A stretch of 64,000 nucleotides of DNA from Pseudobdellovibrionaceae bacterium (GTDB lineage: Bacteria; Bdellovibrionota; Bdellovibrionia; Bdellovibrionales; Bdellovibrionaceae). Made by a program: the position numbers and the translations under genes. The notes beneath the pieces were generated by a model. It did no database searches. It was not told where the DNA came from and saw nothing but the letters and a program-made list of their open reading frames with translations. Below are positions 60,227 through 64,000 of the stretch, piece after piece. How positions within the stretch are numbered: position 1 is the stretch's first letter; each line of letters starts with the position of its first letter. The stretch spans positions 1,889 to 65,888 of the forward strand of contig JAKFYD010000011.1 in the NCBI GenBank assembly GCA_021731025.1, given 5' to 3'.

Positions 60227-62350
60227 TCGACGGGATAAAGCTAACTCTCGAGTCAGTGCAATCTCGCGGTCAGTGAGTGTTCCCATATGACCTTGAATGC
60301 TAGCAAGTTTAACACCGTGTTTTTGAGAGAGCTTGTAAATTTCTTTTACCTTTGTCCATTCGATATCTCGACCCATGGTGAAGCTTTCATGCTTTTCTTC
60401 CAGAGCTAAAACAGTGGTTTCTGCAAGACAGGCGTAGACGGTATTGCCCGGCAAACCAATATCGCAGGTCAACTGATAGGGACCAGGAAGAACAAGCTCG
60501 CCCGATTCCATAATGATAACATCGGGGCGTTTCTTGGCATCTTCCTTTGTAAAATCTAAAGGTCGCGAGCAGTCGCAGACAACACAACCTGGTTTTAAGC
60601 GCATCACATCGATGATTTTTTGATCGAAGGCCGAGGTTGCGGTAACTAAGACATCAGCCATCGACGCAAACTCATTCGCATCGGTACAACAAATAATTTC
60701 GCAATGAGGAGCCATTTTTTGCAATTCGGCTTTTAACTCTTGGAGCTTTTCGAGGCGTGGCGAAACTAAAATCAATTTATTAAAAACTAAGCTCAATAGT
60801 TTTGCGGAAACTTTTCCGATCGAACCCGAAGCGCCAATCACCATGGCTGTGCCAATAGCTTTTCCTGTTTGAGAGTCCGTTTTAAGAAGGCGCATTTTCT
60901 GAACGACATCGTAGAGTCCCCACAATGTGGCTGAGGCGCTTAAACTATTTCCGGTGGTGACGGGCAATGGAGAATTTTTATTGATCGTCACACCAGAGTC
61001 GCCGACAACTTTGGTGTAGGCACCAAGACCAATAATCTGAGCCCCACGTGCAGCGGCATCGTTACAGCACTTTTGAATTTGGGCATAGGTGATTTCGGGA
61101 TCCATGGATTTTAAAACTTTGGGTGTTGACCATAAAGCATAAATAATTCCATTGACCTCTTTGCCTGTGGCTGGCGAAACGACATTTTTAACATGACCCA
61201 AGATGAGCGGGGGTAAACGGGAAATTGTTTTATCAACTTCATCGTTCCATTGCTTTGGAAGGGCACGAATCATTTGACCCACAACGGGAACTCTTTCGAA
61301 GTCCCGGTGGGATAAAGCGTGAACAACAAAGGCAAAATCAGGTGTCGTTTCACGAATGATGCGATTTTTAATTTTGTAAAAGGTGCGGGCGGCTTTGACC
61401 TGCATGGAATCTTTACGTGGTAAAGTGTATTTGCGCACGATAGACATGGTCTCTGGCGAAATTTTCAAAAAATCTTTCCACTCTTCAAAAGAGAGACTGG
61501 CTTCCATCTTATGTGCTAGCCGAAAAGCTGCTTCCAGGACGCTGTAGTTCATATAATGACTGAATTGGTAAGCACTGGGAAAAAGATTATGGATAGCTTT
61601 GAACTCATATCTTTTTAAATATTTTTCGATTCCAATATGATGAGACCAAACGATAAGCTCTTTATCTTTAAAAATTTTACTGACGTCATTGAAGTAAGCG
61701 ATGTGAGCCAAATCAGCTACAATGTAGCGAGAAGATTTTATTTGGGATGCCAGAACTTTTTGGGTCATCTCTTGAAGTGGGAGGTTCAGGTTGGAAGTAC
61801 CACCTTTGATTTTCTTCACCGTTGCAATATTTAAACCTGTTTTGGCCAAAGTCATTAAGCCCAAGAAGGGTTTTAAAACTAAGGGTATACCCAAAATAGA
61901 ATAGAGGTCTCCAAATGAAACTTGAGCCTCGGGTGTATTTCGAATGAGCTCTTCCAGCTCGGTGTTTAAAAGAACCGTTGGGAAAAAAAATCCGTCTTTG
62001 GCTACTAATTTTTTTGTTTCCAAGGCCGACATTAAATTTTTAATGTTTAGAATTTCTCTTAAGCCAGTTCCATCACAAAGAGGGACAGAAGAAGGTGTAT
62101 TCATAATTTCAAAATACTGACGATGAACAAAGCTTTGATTCCCAAGACAAATAGGTGGCGGCAAGGAGACCAGAGCAAAAGCATCCACTTCACTGCGCAA
62201 ATTTCCGATGAGGGTTTTGACGGCATCTACAGAATAATTAGCGCCGTAGCGTTGCACTTGAAAGGTGAACCCTTTGTACTGAAATTCATAGCTTGTATCC
62301 CAATGGGAATAACCAAAGCTAATTTCGGCGATGCGATAGGTATTTTTCAT
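60212..62350 (-). CDS. two-domain protein: unknown ~335 aa N-terminal domain fused to a long-chain acyl-ACP reductase (AAR)-like NAD(P)-binding domain
   Basis: The C-terminal half is colinear with cyanobacterial AAR as I recall it: 'FAFVVHALS', 'GLGAYTKV', 'TTGNSLSAS', 'VIGASGSIGK', 'VYACLAETTVLALEE' (Cys at nt 60428-60430) and 'FTMGRDIEW'. Start at ATG 62350 (GGAG upstream); the ORF opens at 62374. Confidence 0.6.
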   Translation of the reverse strand: MKNTYRIAEISFGYSHWDTSYEFQYKGFTFQVQRYGANYSVDAVKTLIGNLRSEVDAFALVSLPPPICLGNQSFVHRQYFEIMNTPSSVPLCDGTGLREILNIKNLMSALETKKLVAKDGFFFPTVLLNTELEELIRNTPEAQVSFGDLYSILGIPLVLKPFLGLMTLAKTGLNIATVKKIKGGTSNLNLPLQEMTQKVLASQIKSSRYIVADLAHIAYFNDVSKIFKDKELIVWSHHIGIEKYLKRYEFKAIHNLFPSAYQFSHYMNYSVLEAAFRLAHKMEASLSFEEWKDFLKISPETMSIVRKYTLPRKDSMQVKAARTFYKIKNRIIRETTPDFAFVVHALSHRDFERVPVVGQMIRALPKQWNDEVDKTISRLPPLILGHVKNVVSPATGKEVNGIIYALWSTPKVLKSMDPEITYAQIQKCCNDAAARGAQIIGLGAYTKVVGDSGVTINKNSPLPVTTGNSLSASATLWGLYDVVQKMRLLKTDSQTGKAIGTAMVIGASGSIGKVSAKLLSLVFNKLILVSPRLEKLQELKAELQKMAPHCEIICCTDANEFASMADVLVTATSAFDQKIIDVMRLKPGCVVCDCSRPLDFTKEDAKKRPDVIIMESGELVLPGPYQLTCDIGLPGNTVYACLAETTVLALEEKHESFTMGRDIEWTKVKEIYKLSQKHGVKLASIQGHMGTLTDREIALTRELALSRRSSRS

Positions 62351-63344
62351 ATCCACTCCAAAAAGCTTTTTCATATTCCATAAATTCAGGGCACCAGTTC
62401 TGGCCTAAAATCTTTCGCGTATCTTCACTGTTATATCGGGGAAGTTGCAGAGCATAGCGAAGCTGCTCTTCAGGAAAGCCTAAAGCATATTGACTTAACT
62501 TGGTCACAATCGCTTGGGGAATTTTACGAACAAGAACAAGTCGAGAATGACGAATTTGAAAGTGTCTTAAAGTTGAAAGATAGAGGTCTTCCACCTTAAG
62601 TCCTTCTTTGGGAACTATATGAAAGCTCTTGTATCCCTGTTCTGAAGATTCGATGGCCCATTTTGTTAAGTTCACTAAAGCTTCAGCGGCCTTGTCGACA
62701 GGAACGAGAGGCAAGTGCACATCGCGATTACCGGGAACGGGCAATGGGAGTTTCCAGGCCTCGATAAATTTTTTGAGTCGAGAAAAAACATCAGCTGTAT
62801 GATAAGGACCATCAATTCGAGAGATCTTTCCATTGGTGGAATCGCCAACTAAAATTCCTAAACGTAAATTGATTTTAAGACGCAATGGACCTAACCAATT
62901 TAAAATTTGTTGTTCAGCGAGAGCTTTGCTTTCCGCATAAGGATCGTGAAATTTGCGAGAAAAATCGATCTCGTAAGGATTAACTTCGGCGTGAGACAAA
63001 TTTGTTGCAGCAGCTATGGAGCTTGTATTCACAAAGACAGGAATTTTGAGTAAAGAAGCAATTCGTAAGGCGGTGCCTGTGCCAGTGACATTGTTCATGA
63101 GGACATCTTCACGTGAGGCCGACAGATCATAAAGGCCTGCAAGATGCAGAAAGGCATCGTAATTTTTTTCGGAAAGTTCACTTAAGTTTATTCCACCATC
63201 CCACTTTGTCAAATCTCCAGTGACGTCAGCCTTTGGTGAGCGAGAAATAACATCGATATCAGCCTCGTTATGAAACAACTCTTGAACGACTTTTCCTAAA
63301 AATCCGGTCCCGCCGGTCATAAGGATTTTGTAAGTTCTTTTCAT
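62319..63344 (-). CDS. extended SDR / NAD-dependent epimerase-dehydratase-type reductase (thioester-reductase-like)
   Basis: 'ILMTGGTGFLGKVV' Rossmann motif and 'YAESK' catalytic YxxxK. 341 aa. Confidence 0.75.
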   Translation of the reverse strand: MKRTYKILMTGGTGFLGKVVQELFHNEADIDVISRSPKADVTGDLTKWDGGINLSELSEKNYDAFLHLAGLYDLSASREDVLMNNVTGTGTALRIASLLKIPVFVNTSSIAAATNLSHAEVNPYEIDFSRKFHDPYAESKALAEQQILNWLGPLRLKINLRLGILVGDSTNGKISRIDGPYHTADVFSRLKKFIEAWKLPLPVPGNRDVHLPLVPVDKAAEALVNLTKWAIESSEQGYKSFHIVPKEGLKVEDLYLSTLRHFQIRHSRLVLVRKIPQAIVTKLSQYALGFPEEQLRYALQLPRYNSEDTRKILGQNWCPEFMEYEKAFWSGYEKYLSHRRN

Positions 63345-64000
63345 TCACGCACCATGATGGTTAAGGCTTGAGGAAGACAACGAATTGAAATTTCATCAGC
63401 TTCGCGAAATAAAATTTCGCCGTCGCCGAAGAAGGTGATTTTTCTTTGAGGGTTTTTTGAGCGCAATGTCATTTCTGGGACTTCGTACGATTTAACAATA
63501 TCACTCTCGGCGAGATTCCCTTGATAGACCTTTGCAACTTCCATCAACTGGGACAATCGTGTGGTGCTTTCGATAAGAAGCAAATTGATCAAACCATCAT
63601 TATTTGAAGTGTAAGGAGCCGTTAAAAAGTTTTTTCCCAAGTAGGGTTGGTTGTTGATCAGAATAAAGGGAGCAATGGTTGTTATTTTTTTTCCATCTTT
63701 GAATTCCAAATCAAGATGCCAGCCGCTTTGTTCCCAAACTCTCAGTGTCTCAAGCAACATCGCAATGTAAACAAATGATCCCAATTTTCTCACGATTCCG
63801 TAAGAAACCTGGGAAGCGATTTGTGCGAAGGAAGATCTATTTTGATCGGCTGATAAATTCTGCAGAAACGAACGAAGTTTGTTAGCTTTATCCGCGGTCT
63901 CTGCAGGAACTCCTAAGCCCCCGTTCGTGAGCATGTATTTTTTGGTAGTTCCTGAGGTGACCTCGATGATATCAATCTTTTTCTCCTTACCTTCCAGGAT
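63341..64000 (-). CDS. DAG-kinase/YegS/LCB5-family lipid kinase, C-terminal part (5' end beyond the window)
   Basis: The frame stays open to nt 64000 ('ILEGKEKKIDIIEVTSGTTKKYMLTNGGLGVPAETA...'). This matches the 'vD.g.vn..yF.n.agiGfda' region of DAGK-family accessory domains. 4 nt ATGA overlap with the SDR gene. Confidence 0.55.
   Translation of the reverse strand: MLEGKEKKIDIIEVTSGTTKKYMLTNGGLGVPAETADKANKLRSFLQNLSADQNRSSFAQIASQVSYGIVRKLGSFVYIAMLLETLRVWEQSGWHLDLEFKDGKKITTIAPFILINNQPYLGKNFLTAPYTSNNDGLINLLLIESTTRLSQLMEVAKVYQGNLAESDIVKSYEVPEMTLRSKNPQRKITFFGDGEILFREADEISIRCLPQALTIMVRE

Overview
A 64 kb bacterial chromosomal window with three parts. The protein sequences and moderate-to-low GC suggest a Bdellovibrio-like predatory bacterium, but that is inference only.

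(1) About 3.3-34.5 kb is the core translation/transcription locus, all on the + strand. Gene order is tRNA-Thr/Tyr/Gly/Thr, tuf, tRNA-Trp, secE, nusG, rplKAJL, rpoBC, rpsL, rpsG, fusA, then the S10/spc/alpha ribosomal-protein operons through rplQ. Three usual members are missing: rplX (L24) between rplN and rplE, and map and infA between adk and rpmJ.

(2) About 34.5-53.8 kb holds envelope and metabolism genes:
- a TlpA-like thioredoxin
- an AsmA-like/DUF2062-like pair
- gmhA, kdsA, a DegT-family aminotransferase and an LPG-synthase-TM-like protein
- a FadL-like outer-membrane protein
- a small secreted protein translationally coupled to a subtilase
- a secreted PLD-like protein
- an operon of a fused E1 alpha/beta 2-oxoacid dehydrogenase, a FabD-like acyltransferase and a hotdog protein
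- a glutaryl-CoA-dehydrogenase-like gene

(3) About 53.9-64.0 kb is the most interesting part: a compact island of lipid-type enzymes and exporters. It contains a CdsA-like protein, a CDP-alcohol phosphatidyltransferase, a BtaA/DUF3419-like SAM transferase, a LolA-like protein, an OM beta-barrel, an ABC ATPase with FtsX permease, a cyanobacterial-type acyl-ACP-reductase-like domain fused to an unknown N-terminal domain, an SDR reductase and a DAG-kinase-like lipid kinase. I propose this as a candidate undescribed membrane-lipid synthesis/export system.

I saw no rRNA, CRISPR array, transposase or integrase. All functional calls come from reading the supplied translations and motifs by eye. No database search was run.
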